From NCBI GenBank assembly GCA_973895155.1, contig OZ316897.1:7988470-8052469 (forward strand): a stretch of DNA of 64,000 nt, given 5' to 3'. Made by a program: the position numbers and the translations under genes. Positions within the stretch are counted from its first letter, which is position 1; each line of letters opens with the position of its first letter. The notes beneath the pieces are model-generated. The model saw only the letters and a list, made by a program, of their open reading frames with translations, searched no databases and had not been told where the DNA came from. Source of the DNA: Marsupella aquatica (Eukaryota; Plantae; Marchantiophyta). This document shows, one piece after another, positions 22,873 to 35,300 of the stretch.

Positions 22873-25800
22873 CTGCAGGCAGGATATTAATGCCTGCCCC
22901 ATGCAATGTCAGCCGTGGGCCGCACCCCTTGGTGTCGCTCATCACGACTCACACCCCTTGACTCCTCAGCAACGTGCATTGGTACCTCTTGGCTTGAACA
23001 TTGCTGCATTTAATGCATACGACCAAATTCCTTGTGCGGGAATTCCACATTCTAGCTCGTTGGATTTTGCGCTGGCCATGTAGAAGACACTAATCGCATG
23101 CATTCGCTTTCGGAGTTTGATAATTAAGTCGAATCTCTGTCAGTCCAAACTGTTTGTATCTTGAAATGGTTCAATCCTTGCATTTGAATTTATTCGCTTC
23201 GGGCCGGACAATGGAAAACTGTATCTGATCGAGCAGCTCACGTAACATGTGCTCATAGAAGCCCACAAAATCTTATTTCAGTTTGCTCCTCTTCATCAGT
23301 TCATCAAGGATTTCAATGGATAGAGACAGTTGGTTTTCATCATGATTGTTTATCTTTCCTTGAACTCCACACTCTATATATCGACACTCATTCTGCTTTG
23401 CAGCTTTCACATTTCCTTCTTTCGTCAGCACATTCTTCACTCAATATATTAGGGCCTCTCAATTCTTCTAGTTGCGTCTGATGGCTTTGGCCATAAACAA
23501 ATGGCTATAACAAGTTGCTTGTGATGGTTTTGGACCATAAACAAGTGGCCATAGCTTTTTGACAGGGTTGTGCAAGATAGTTCCCCCACGCCGCTCCCCC
23601 CCCCCCACCCACTAGTCTTTATAGTGACTTATGGTCATTGCATATGACCAGTTTTATGGCAAAAACTCGGACTATGAATAAGGTACTACTGAGGTTAAAT
23701 CCATCTAATTTTGAATTTTGAGACCACCTATTTGTTTGTGGATGTGTTTTTGTTTTGAATATCTCTTAGAGCATTCGGTGAATCATCTATACTCTTATGT
23801 TTACGTGTGTCCCTCTGGGCCTGTTTATCTATCTAAGTCCTGTAATGTGCAATCCCCCTCTTTCATTCTTATGTCATTCTAGCAGGAAGCTTCCGGGATG
23901 ATGGATGCTGTGACATTTTATCAAGGACCTAGTTAATTCTAATTACCTCTTAGGATTGATGATTAACCCCCCACTCTCCTCCAGTTCACACAGTCGTTGA
24001 GATGCAATTGCCTGGCTCTCACGACTCCCCACAAAGTTTGACAGCTTGGCCATCTCAGTTATGCTCAATGGCATTTCTGCTCAACCTCAGTTATTGTTGA
24101 CAACAAGTGTAACACAGGGGAATCGGTCAAGTTGGAAAATTAAAAAAACATATGCTTCTCTTAGTTAGTTTGTATGTTTCTAAGATTCAGGTGGCTGTGA
24201 TACATTGTGAAGAAATTCTGTACATTAAGTGCTTGCAAGACTCTCTTTTGGGCTCGAGACTGTGTTTCTCAAAGTGGAAGCTCAGATGGAGAAGAACACT
24301 AATGGTTGACTTGATGCCCCCCACTTGAACCCTGATGAACACTAACTTAAGGAAATGTTTGAATCTACTCACATGTTTTATGTTTTTGTTCCACAGATGA
24401 TAAGTCAAACATGCATTGGCCTAAAATGTAAGTGTTTTAATGATTTCCTCTGGTATTCTGTCCATGCAAGTTAGGTCTTTCTCACAATTCAAGGAGTTGG
24501 GTTTCCTCGATCACTGTGTATATACCATGTCCAGTGGTCTTTCTCAAAATTTGGGAAACATTGTTGTGCTCAGAATCGTGAGACTTTGTGTCCTGAAGCT
24601 TTTAGGATATTGAAAGGACGATGTACTTTTGGTCCTCTGGTTCTTGTAAAGTTCCCCTTAGGACTACCAGAATTTGCAGGTTTGCCCTTGTAAACTAAAA
24701 TTAAATAATGAAATAAACTGTAGCAACGGAAACAAAACCAAGTTGTGTAACAAAGGGTCCTGATGATATGGCATGGCCAGAATTCCGTGTATTTTACTTT
24801 CTAGGTATCTGACAGTCCGACTTCCCAACCACGACAGTTAAACAAGCACCACTCTGCAATGCTATGAACCTGAGGGTGACTTTACAAGAACTTGGGGATA
24901 GCAATTCCTTTTTTCTAAGATGAAAGATGCAATCCTAGCCATTCATATGTGAGAACTGGCCACATTTCACTTTACATGAACTTGGAGGCACAATGAACCA
25001 AAAGCATTACCCAACCTAGTCATCTCTTAGTGGGCCCCTTGTGGGTCCCTTTTTTGCTGAGGTGTGCAAGCTTTTTTGTCAAAAACTTAGACCTCCTCTT
25101 GAGGTGGTCTAAAAACTTGGAGCAAATGGCCGCTTATTTTCAAAGAATTGCATTGATTACTTCCAACCCGACACATTTTGGCTCAGACATTTTAACTTTT
25201 GTGGAAGGAAATGGCCATCAGCTTTGCTCTGGATGGAGAGAGACTGAACTGACCCCACCGTCTTGTAAAGCCCCCCTGAGTTAGTTGGGCATGATATTAT
25301 ATCTAGCCTTGTTAGTCCCTGACCCCTGGCTTGAGCCAATCAGCCTCTCTCATGAGTGCACACAGTTCGAGATAGAAACACCTAAGTCTCCTTCGCGAGT
25401 GCATACAGTTCGAGGGTCTCTTGCTCTTTGGCTCTCCCCCTCAAATTTCTACAATCAATTCACATTAGCTAATATGAAATGATTTTTTGATAAATTTATA
25501 ATTTGACAACATAGCACAATTTTCATATAATTTCTGAATAAGTTAAAATAGGATGGCATTAGGACGAATAATTAGGTTATATAAACATCAATGAAGTTCT
25601 GGCATTGTGACTCCCCCCAAAATAAACATTTAAGTGAACCCATGCACTTATTTCTCTGGAAATGTTATAAGGGTTATTCATCGGAAAATGTTATAACCTT
25701 GCAAATTTTTACACCCTTACATATCAACCTCCAATCTTACTAGTAAAGTGCCATGCAAAGCTGCTTTTCAGGGTTACAGTCTAGCTTGAAACCTCTTGAC

Positions 25801-27261
25801 CTTGACTCTCAACACACAGAAAACTGACCATGACTCTCAATATGCACAAAACTGAGAGTGATGGTGGACAAAAACAAAGTTGAAGGCAAAGATTGACCCC
25901 AAATAGCACCCAATTTCTAATTTTGATTTTTGTCTTCATCTATTTACATTCAGGGAAGGGGTAATCTGGTTAGTTAAATTAAATTACTAGAAAAGGGTAT
26001 CGATTCGCCTGGTGAGTTCTCCCATGCAGGATTACATTCCAGTGCGAGCCACATGGCAGTCTGCCTGCTCTTGCTGTCTTATGGGCAACCGACGTTGGGT
26101 GGAGACTGGAGACTTGGAGAGGGCAGGGGGTAGAGAACACGGCAGACTCTGAACTCTAAGGCACTGCCGGCCATTAATTACGTAGGTTGGAAAACGAACA
26201 CTGACAGGAATTGTATTCTTAGTATGGCTGCGGAACGACAAAATGCTCCGAGCCAGCTTATTTTGTAAGGTTTCTACTTTTTGGCTAGAGTGGCCAATGT
26301 CTAGAGTGAAAGAGAAGATGCCCAAAATATTCTTTATCTGAGTATTTTCTTGACCGCCAGATTTCCCTAGATTGTTAGGAGGGACATTGGCTAATGAAAC
26401 AACAAAAATACTATGGCGAAAGATTTTTGGGGGAGGTGGAATTTGGCAAATTTTTGCCACTATAAAAACGCTGCTCCTAACAGTCTGTTGAATGAATTCA
26501 GAAACGTATCACAGTCAACATTGGGCATGGCTATTATGATGTTACCAATACGACGCAACAGGGTAATACTCAAGGTTTATTTCTTGTTGCTAAGGTTGGA
26601 AACGAACACCTAGTGAAGGAGAAGATGCTCAACCTATTCCTAGATTAATATTTGATCATTTGACTTCCCTTTATCTATTTTCCTAGATTGATGTTTGATC
26701 ATTCTACTTCTCTAGATTTAAGGATAATTGTCAGATTCTGGCTAGTGGGGTTTGTGGCTAATCCAAGATAAAACGGCGAGCTAGGTGAAATTTGACAAAC
26801 TTTTGCAGCTACAAAAATGCTGAATGCAACTTCACACTTAAAGGAAATGCTGGGAGGATATGTACAAGCTGTTTTACCTCTTGATATCCAACTAAAGTTT
26901 GAAATGATTAGTTTCTGATTATATTATGAAAACTCTCTCAATCAGTTGCAGTAAAAATAATATACTGTACTAGACATAGTTATGGAGGCATGGAAGGGAA
27001 AACTGAGCAGGAACTTGAAGAGAGAGGAGCTACTGTTTCAATCTAGTAAAACAAGGTAGATTCAATCAGGCAGGCACTATTCTAGAAATTCATGGGGAAT
27101 CCTAGAGAAATTAAAATATCTGAAAGTCAGCAACCAATATCAAAATAAGATATAAGCATGCATAAAGCTCCAAGCAAATTAATCAAGAAAATCAATAATA
27201 CCTTCTGGCCCTCATACTCAGTTGAAACTTGTTTCTCCACAGAGAGGTATAATTATGCTTG

Positions 27262-28178
27262 ATATATGGGACAAATTTACATGACAGGCCCTACTAAAAC
27301 TTTTTTACGAACTAGGCCCCCCACAAAAATGTTGTTATCAACTAGCCCTCTATATAGTTTTCGTACACATGGTTCTTATGTGGTGCCTAAATGCATGGTC
27401 GTATATTTCCTGCCGCAATCCATCACATACACGCTGCGTTGCAGTCCACCGCGTGTACGTCTATGCTTGAAGACATAATGGATTAAGTTTTCACATGCTT
27501 ATCAAGTTTTAAGGATTCCACCATAATAGGATATATAGTGGGTTTGGACAACATTTGATATAAACATTTAGAGTAATTCTTCCAAGCTAGAAAAATTTTC
27601 CTGTTATGATTGACTCCATGGTGTTTTGTTTCACACTTCAATAGACAATTTTTGAAAGTTGCAACAAGGAAAAAGTTACAGCCAAGAGTAAAAGATCCTT
27701 GATTTCATTTTGTCTTTGTTCCACACTTGGACAATTTTTAAACGGTGCAGTAGGGACCAATGGCCAAAAGCCCAGCCAAAAACAGAGAATTCATTGCATA
27801 CTTAGACAAAAGAACAAAAAGAAACTGTCAAAACATCATGCAAACCCTGTGCATAGTTTTTGTGAAGCAACCTAAAAACTAAATTCAAACCTGAATACAT
27901 GAACCATATTGTCTAAGTCACTTAGGAACTCGCAATTCGGGCGACTGGCGCCAATAGTCTGCGGTTCCCCCAACGGTGTAGTTTGTCATTTGCCATTGAT
28001 TGTTTGAATCTAAACTTTATAATAGCTCTTATTGGTGATAGTATCAAGCTAAAACTTCTTATAGTAACTTTACAAGAACATCTGACACAAAAGTGTCAAA
28101 GGGGACCTAGTTTCTAACAAAAGTTTCAGAAAAGTCTATCACCTAAATTTGTTTTAGCAAGGGTCCCATAAAATATAT
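27262..28178. mobile_element. Degenerate non-autonomous TIR (Mutator-like) element
   Basis: ATGGGAC.AATTTA...AAACTTTT...AACTAGGCCCC (27262-27320) is an imperfect inverted repeat of GGGGACCTAGTTT...AAAAGTTT...TAAATTT...GTCCCAT (28100-28178). No TSD confirmed. Confidence 0.35.
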
Positions 28179-30396
28179 ACCTTTTTAAACTAATTATCTG
28201 CTATAGTATACGGATTGCAAAAGAGAGCTGATCGAACATTAAATATTACACTAGATGAGTAGTGCATCGTGAGTGGTTTACACTGAAATCTGTTAGGGTC
28301 CATGTTTTGGTGTCCTGCTAAGAGCCTCTCCACTTTATACTTCATTACATGTACGTCCTGCGTAGTGAGTCATCTTTTCTACGTTTACTGTACATAGCAA
28401 AGATGATATGCTTTTTACTACCTCCTGTTATAATTAAGCAGCTCTATACTAAGCATTAGATCTGCGAAAGCCCAATAAATTATGCATTCAAGTCAATGCA
28501 CTATAGAGTGGTTCAATCAAGTCCCAATTATAATAAGCCACCCACTACACTTACAACCCAAAAGGTTTCACCACTCACTGATCCCCATTTTTGCGATACA
28601 TAATTGCACATCAAAATATGGCATATAAAGTGTAATTGCACATCAGAATATGAAATATAAAGTGTAAAACCTTCATATATCCATACCATGATAAACCTGG
28701 TTATTTTCTTTAAATCAATGAATGGTAACTGCACATAAAAATAAACATGTTTGGTGTACAACCTCCATTTGTACCATTATAAACCTCATTGTCCTTAAAC
28801 CAATGACTGCACAGCTTAATTAATATATTATCACAATCATTTAGATGTGTGATATAGCTGGGGCATTTTTGCACAACCTTTGTTGATAGATTTTTCCCCA
28901 CCTACTGGTCCCCAATTTCGCCAAGCCTTAATAGATTTGGTAACACAGTTTAGACTAGACCAACCTAACAACCATTGGAGATGCTCTAATTGCACATCAA
29001 AGCCAGATAATTATGTAGAAGGAACAACAAGCAACTTATTAATAATTAGGAAGAACAATGTGATATAATAGAAAATGGGGATTTATCATGGTCTGGACTC
29101 TGGAGAATCAGTCTAACCTATGCGCCAATGCTGCGGCACACCTGCTGGTGGGTTGTTATGTGCATTTACCAGACAGAACAGTCTAAGTTTAGTTTAGAAA
29201 CTGATAGGCCAAACAAAGGACAAACTAACCACCAATCGAACTTAGAACGAGGTACATGCAAACGCTTGTTTTGGAGGGGAGAATCCGGATCCTCTAAGCT
29301 TTATTCGTCTTTCTCTGCCAGGAAAGACAATCCCCACTATATGACAGCTAGGCAAGCTTCGAGCCCACAACTCCGCCTTTGAAGTGAAATCATGGCCGGC
29401 GCTCACTATGAGACTGAGTCGTCCATATGATTGGCCTGAGTCTTCCATCTGGCGAGCCCTATGGTCAGCTGTATAAGTTTGAGAAATCGGACGAACTCAG
29501 CTCCTGACAAGTTGTAGAAATTAACGGAAATCGTCAGTATGAGTCTGAGCCATTCATAAGTGAGTGAGGACAACGATGAATTTGGTTACAAACTGATCGA
29601 AATGCTTTTAGGAAAGTTCACAACTGTCAAGGTCGAGCCTGACGATAATGAACATGACAAGCGAGACTCTCTTTGAGTCTAGACAAGGGTGTCAGGCGAA
29701 TCTGATTGAACTAGCAAGGACTTCTACAATTATTTATGGACGACTTGAGTCGAACGTACTCTTCACGCTTAGTACGTTTTACCTTAGTTTGTGCCGTTGG
29801 GTCTCGACACCTCTTTGGGTTGCACGCTGCAGCGGTCTTTTCTAAACATAAAAATCTTCAGAAGAGAATTCCAAGCCACATGATTTGCTGAATTGTCTCT
29901 CCTCCCTTGACTAATTAAACGGCTCCAACATCATTAATTGAACTTTTCTCCAGGTTCTTATTCTTAGTTAACGCCGAAGAACAATATTTTGACCGCAACA
30001 ATATGGGCTATTCAAGGAACACTTGACAAGGAAACACACAGCCAGGGCACACTCGTAGCGAGCAATACGATATTTCTACAGGTAACATAATATGCAGCTA
30101 GTGCAACTGTCTCGAACTGCTTTAAAGTACTTAATTGCTGCCCGGCAACAATCCAAAAAGAAACCTCAATGAAAGACAAATTTCCTCCAGTACGTCAGTG
30201 AGACCAGAGCTACCAGGAATGAGTTCAAGTACCAGCATCGGATCGTTCATCTTCGGAAAGCCCATGCACTCCCTTTCGACTTACAACCAGAACATGCCAC
30301 AAGTTGTGACATCGGAATTCATCTCAAGGGCGTCCTTGGTCTCCCTTTGAGATATAATCAGATTGATCGATCTGGTTCAATCGATAACACAACGCC

Positions 30397-31481
30397 ATGG
30401 CTTTGAAACAAGCTCTGAGCTTGGCTTTCTTGACTGCTGTGACTGTCTCTGTCATGCTCTCCGCTCACAAAGGAGCTTCAGCCGCCCATTTAAATTTCAG
30501 TTTGCCTTGTAACATTCCCGCAGGACTGAACAATTTTACCACTGGCAACTATAGCGATTTTTTGGTGGGAGTCTTTTTGGGAGTTGGACATCAAGAGTAC
30601 ACATTCAATGGAACGACTTGGATCAACTCGAACGTGAGTGCAGACCTTTATGACCACAACGCAACTCAGGTCGCTCACCATTTCTTTCTTCCTCCGCCGG
30701 GATTAGGTGGAGGGTTGGCCACCTGGTCGAAGGTCATCGATCCACAAAGCTCTGTCACGGCAAAAGTTGCAGTGAAATTGCCACAAGCAGATGCTGTGCC
30801 TCTCCTACTACTTGACGCCACGGCCGCCAAGGGACCATCCGCTTCGTGAGTATTTTTCCCCAAATGCGTATGAGCATGCAGTGACTTACTGTGTTACTGT
30901 TTCTCGGGACTCGACATGTACTGTTCATTAACTTTCCTTTCACTTTGCCGGCTTCCGTAGTGCTCGATTAGGCACTCTATACATATCCTTGCAATCTTTA
31001 AGTTGACATGAAGCCTTGAACAATGAAGCTAATTCACCATCAAGTAGGCTCAATTTCCTAACAGCAACGCCTATATATACTACATGCCCATCTCACACAT
31101 TCATTGGGCAGCGATGTCCTGCATGAATGCATGATAGTGTGTATTTTCTTGTCATTATGCAACGTACCAACGTGGTGGCAATCTCGAAGACCTCTCGGAG
31201 ACGGGTTCTCTATGTTTTTGCGATTTGAAGTTTTCTCAAAGTGAGAAACACCACTGCAGATTAAGTGTCCGTCTGGTGGGAACCCGGGTGGGAACCGGAA
31301 GTTGATGTGTGGGATGGTTCTGTGTTTTCTCAGGGCTAGTTTTGGCGACGTGACCCACGTGCAGAGACTTCAGACTCTTGGCGGGTTACCCCCATCCACC
31401 ACCGACGCCACCACAGTTGGCGATGTCTTCTTCTCCCCTTACTCTGCGACCTATGCCTTCTACCATGTGATAAGTAGTTAG
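30397..31481 (+). CDS. Secreted DUF3455-family protein (198 aa, 2 exons)
   Basis: Exons 30397-30845 and 31334-31481 (597 nt). Signal-peptide-like N-terminus; motifs GVGHQEYT, ADLYD, HHFF, ATW, AVPLLLLDAT, FGDVTHVQRLQTLGGLPP and PYSATYAFY, typical of DUF3455. Confidence 0.85.
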
Positions 31482-32922
31482 GCGAGTATCTTTCAGGATC
31501 TGAGAGGTGAGAGTTATCAATCTATATAAGTAGTGAAGACTTGAGTTCTGCATTTCCAATGCTGTGGATATGGGGCTTGCAAATTAGACGCGTTGTAGCC
31601 GCTCCAATATGCGGATGTGAACTCGCTTAGTTGGCTTAGTTTCTCCATATATATATATAGATAAAATCTTAGTTTCTTTCTCGGTGGTGACCAATTCACT
31701 TTTGCACATTGAAATCTGTGAGAGAAAGACAGCAAAAGACGACTTTTGAATTTAATTCAATTCGAGACGAGAGGAATTCTTGGACAGCTGCATGTCTGCT
31801 GGCTCACATCTGGATGTGAAATTTTTCAGACAGAAGTACTTGACATAAATCCAATGGCACCAGTATTGTTGAGTTATCGACCGGATGACCCACGGGCGCA
31901 GTCTTGTTTTTGTGTAGACGTAATTAATGTGTCACTGTCGACGTGCTCTATCAAGCCCTGATTCCGTCCATGTTCACGTTGTGGATGCTGTGTATGTGTC
32001 ATGGCCGGATGTACTAGCCTGAGTTAGATCGAGCTAGAGAGGTGCACAAGCAAGTTCATCGATTGCTGCTCAATAAAAAATTTCACATCAACTCGTATGC
32101 ACGACCGGTCTGTTGTGAGTCGCGGACGGGTGCATAGATCATCTTTTCTTTCAATCAATCAAATTTCTCTGAGATTGATATTAATAACGTGGGTCAGTTT
32201 TCTGCGCTGAGCAACCCCGGAGCCACGTACTCGTAATGCGCTCGGTGATGCGCTCGATCACATATAGTCACTTTCAATTGAGCGACGTACACAACACAGA
32301 GTCCGAGGACTCTGTAAGTAAATATATCGGTAAAATGGAATCGATTGCACAAGTATCGACGCATGCCTTGGTAGAGCTTGGACCGTGTGACTTTGTCAAA
32401 CGTGTCTCAGGCCTGAGACAAACACGGATAGTCACGAGACATCTTTCTCTTGACCACTAGATGAGAGAAATGTTACACCGGGTGTTCCACTTTACAAGGT
32501 GGCTTTTACCCATCGTCGGGGGCACTTGTGACATGTTTTCACCAATTGAAAAGCAACCTTGAAGGCCACTGCCCACTCTCGTTCTAAAGATACACGGCGG
32601 TGTAGTCAGAGGCAGCCGACGGATATGAATCCGACCAACTTGTCTACAGTTCGTAGACCCAGCACCATTTCCAAAGCATGTGTAGACAAATCTCTTACGA
32701 CACGCAGGCATAGCCGTCACGCAAGCGTGATTATCAGTATGAGAGCGATCACGGCCAAGACGACTGTTTCAATCGCTGTATTCATTGTACAATTCTTCAA
32801 ATCAGACAAAAACCGCATTTCATCGACCTTTTTGGCCGATTTGCAGCTAGAACTGGAAAGACAAAGTCTTCTGTCATTCTGTGAAAGTATACCAGCCACT
32901 ACCAGCCACTGCGACAGAACAA

Positions 32923-33372
32923 AGTTTTTGAACCTGAATCCCATTGTTTTGTGACGCATTCTTTGTAAGTGTAGCTCTTTTGGGACTCTCTAACGGTTTT
33001 TTGGGATAGGACTCGATTACAGATGGAGTTTTTGAACCTGAATCCCATTGTTTTGTGACGCATTCTTTGTAAGTGTAGCTCTTTTGGGACTCTCTAACGG
33101 TTTTTTGGGATAGGACTCGATTACAGATGGAGTTGGAGTAAAACAACTTGATCTCCGGCCTCTCACTAGCCTTGACAAAACATAGATACACCAGGTTTCA
33201 TTATATAGCCATGACAAACTCTGGATACACCAGGTTTCACTGTATAGCCATGACAAACTTTGATACACCATGCTTCACTACACAGCCATGACAAAATTTG
33301 GATACACCAGATTTCACTATATAGCCATGACGAACCCTCGATACATCAAGTGAACTCATACATCAAGTGAAC
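32923..33372. repeat. Perfect 104-bp duplication followed by a 38-39-bp minisatellite
   Basis: AGTTTTTGAACCTGAATCCC... at 32923 and 33027; GATACA(C/T)CA...ATAGCCATGAC units at 33185, 33224, 33262, 33301 and a partial unit at 33340. Confidence 0.95.
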
Positions 33373-33389
33373 TGTATAATGATATACAG

Positions 33390-33710
33390 TTAGCCCAATG
33401 CCCGTGCGTTGCACAAAAGATGTCAAGATGATTCAATGTCGAGAAGAAGTGACCAAAAGATGTTGAGGTGATAAAAGATTTTGAGGAGAGAAAAGATATG
33501 AAGGTGATAAAACGTATAGAAAAGATATCAAGATGAGCAAAAGATATTGAGATGATAGAAAAAGGTTGAGGAGAGAAAATATGTCGAGGTGAGCAAAAGG
33601 TGTAGTGAAGAGAAAAGACGTGAGGAGAGAAAAATGTTGAAATGAGAAAAAGATTTCAAGTGGAGAAAATATGTCCTGGAGAACAAAAGATGTCAAGGTG
33701 AGCTCACATT
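33390..33710 (-). mobile_element. Non-autonomous Helitron 3' portion
   Basis: Reverse complement ends GTGCAACGCACGGGCATTGGGCTAA (hairpin plus degenerate CTRR), preceded by degenerate GACATCTTTT repeats; same family as 60030-60500. Confidence 0.55.
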
Positions 33711-33754
33711 TTAAGTGATATCACCTAAGTAAGAATAATCTCGTGTACTCAGTA

Positions 33755-35300
33755 TCTATTATAAAGAGAAGGGTATCATTTGATACTCCTGGTCAGTCAA
33801 TCCAAGAGTAGATAAAAAAACTTTAAACAAATCTGATGGCCTAGGTTGATTCCCTCCATTTTCAATTTTGTAAGCATACTAAAGAACTTTTTGGCGCCAT
33901 TGCATATTATAGAAGTAGATAAATGCATTTTCCACCCATTTAAAAACTACCAAGCTAATTAAAAAATAATTATTTTGGTTTATTAATTCATTAAAGTGTA
34001 TTATAACAATATTCATTTTTTCATTTTTGAACTATTCAAATAGCAATTTTACTTCACTCTATCTACGTAAAGTAATTAGCTTATTTGCACCCAGAATAAA
34101 ATACAACTATGGATAGATCAACGTGACATGTGAAAAATATAGAATTTATAACTTGACCAAATTTACATTTTTCTTCTCTCTCTTGCCTCATCCTTTGCTT
34201 CAGTGTGCCCTGTTGCTCATTTATGATAGTGTACTACATAAATTCCAAATGCAAGGAGAGGGGCCCTGTTGCTCATTTATGATAGTGTACTACATAAATT
34301 CCAAATGCAAGGAGAGGGTACAGCTAGGAACTGTCCTTGTGAGGTGGCAAGGCCAAGGTGGTAGCAAAGGACACAAGGAGGGAGGGCTGGCCTGTGGCAA
34401 GGGGTAGAGTCCTTGCCATTGGCAAACTATACTCCTAGCCTGGAGTACAGCCAAGACAGGGGCCCAGTAAATCCAAGACTCAAGCCTCACCCCATATTTG
34501 CTAATATATATAGTTTGCCAACTATACTATAATATTGTTGAAAGATACTGTTGAACTCAAAAAATGTTGTTGAGTAAAAGATATCATTGCACAAGTATGG
34601 GCTATGGAAACCACAAAAGCTTGACAAATAAAAAATAATGGTTTTTTTCTTAAACCTTAACCCCCACTTGTTCCCCCTTTTCAGTAGGGTATGCAAGAGG
34701 TTATGGGTTTTTTGGTCATTATTATATTCATATGCCCTTCGAGGGGCTGCCCTACATTGCGAGTGTGCCTCTAGCCCGACACCTTGCAATCAACACCCGT
34801 GTGCCATGCTCTTTACTATACCTCTGGGCATTATTGTTTTTGTTTTTTGGCATTGAAAATGACAGTGCAAATGACTGTAAAAATCACCACAAATATTGGG
34901 AGAATAGTTTTTGAATATTGATTAGTGTATGCAATACTCTATTGACTAAAATACTATCTTCAACTATAATATTAAGTGATCTTGCCTTTTTCGTCCTTCA
35001 TCCCATTATGAAATCCATAATAGGCGGGAATCAAAACTGGCCGTTAGATATTTTAGAGTATTTTTGTATTCGTTTGATTATCACTTGCCCTTTCTGACGA
35101 GGCCTCCCACTCCCGTGCCTTCATTATGGACCCCCCTCGTGATATACGTATATGGGCATCAATGCCCACAATGCCTTGCCGGCCCTCACGATGCCTCGCC
35201 CTCCCCTCGGTCCCTATGCGCTCGCCCCTGCCTCCCATCACCCGGCCCGACTCCCTATTGCCCGGCCCTCATTGCGCCGTGCAACGCACGGACATAGGGT
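33755..35300 (+). mobile_element. Probable non-autonomous Helitron
   Basis: 5' end A^TCTATTATAAAGAGAAGG at 33755; subterminal hairpin CCGTGCAACGCACGG at ~35276-35290 after a C-rich tract; terminal CTRR is degenerate. Contains a 56-bp duplication (34208 and 34264). Confidence 0.45.

Noticed and set aside
23270-23350. C/D-box snoRNA (ATGATGA...CTGA, minus strand)
   Set aside because: No terminal stem and no exact rRNA-antisense element recognised.
26180-26830. Diverged duplication and ORF 26032-26460
   Set aside because: No protein motifs; looks like an old intergenic duplication.
28528-29068. Possible transposase fragment
   Set aside because: AT-eroded frames with no diagnostic motif.
32457-32959. 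Small membrane-protein ORF (minus strand)
   Set aside because: Interrupted by stops and starts within a tandem duplication; no family recognised.
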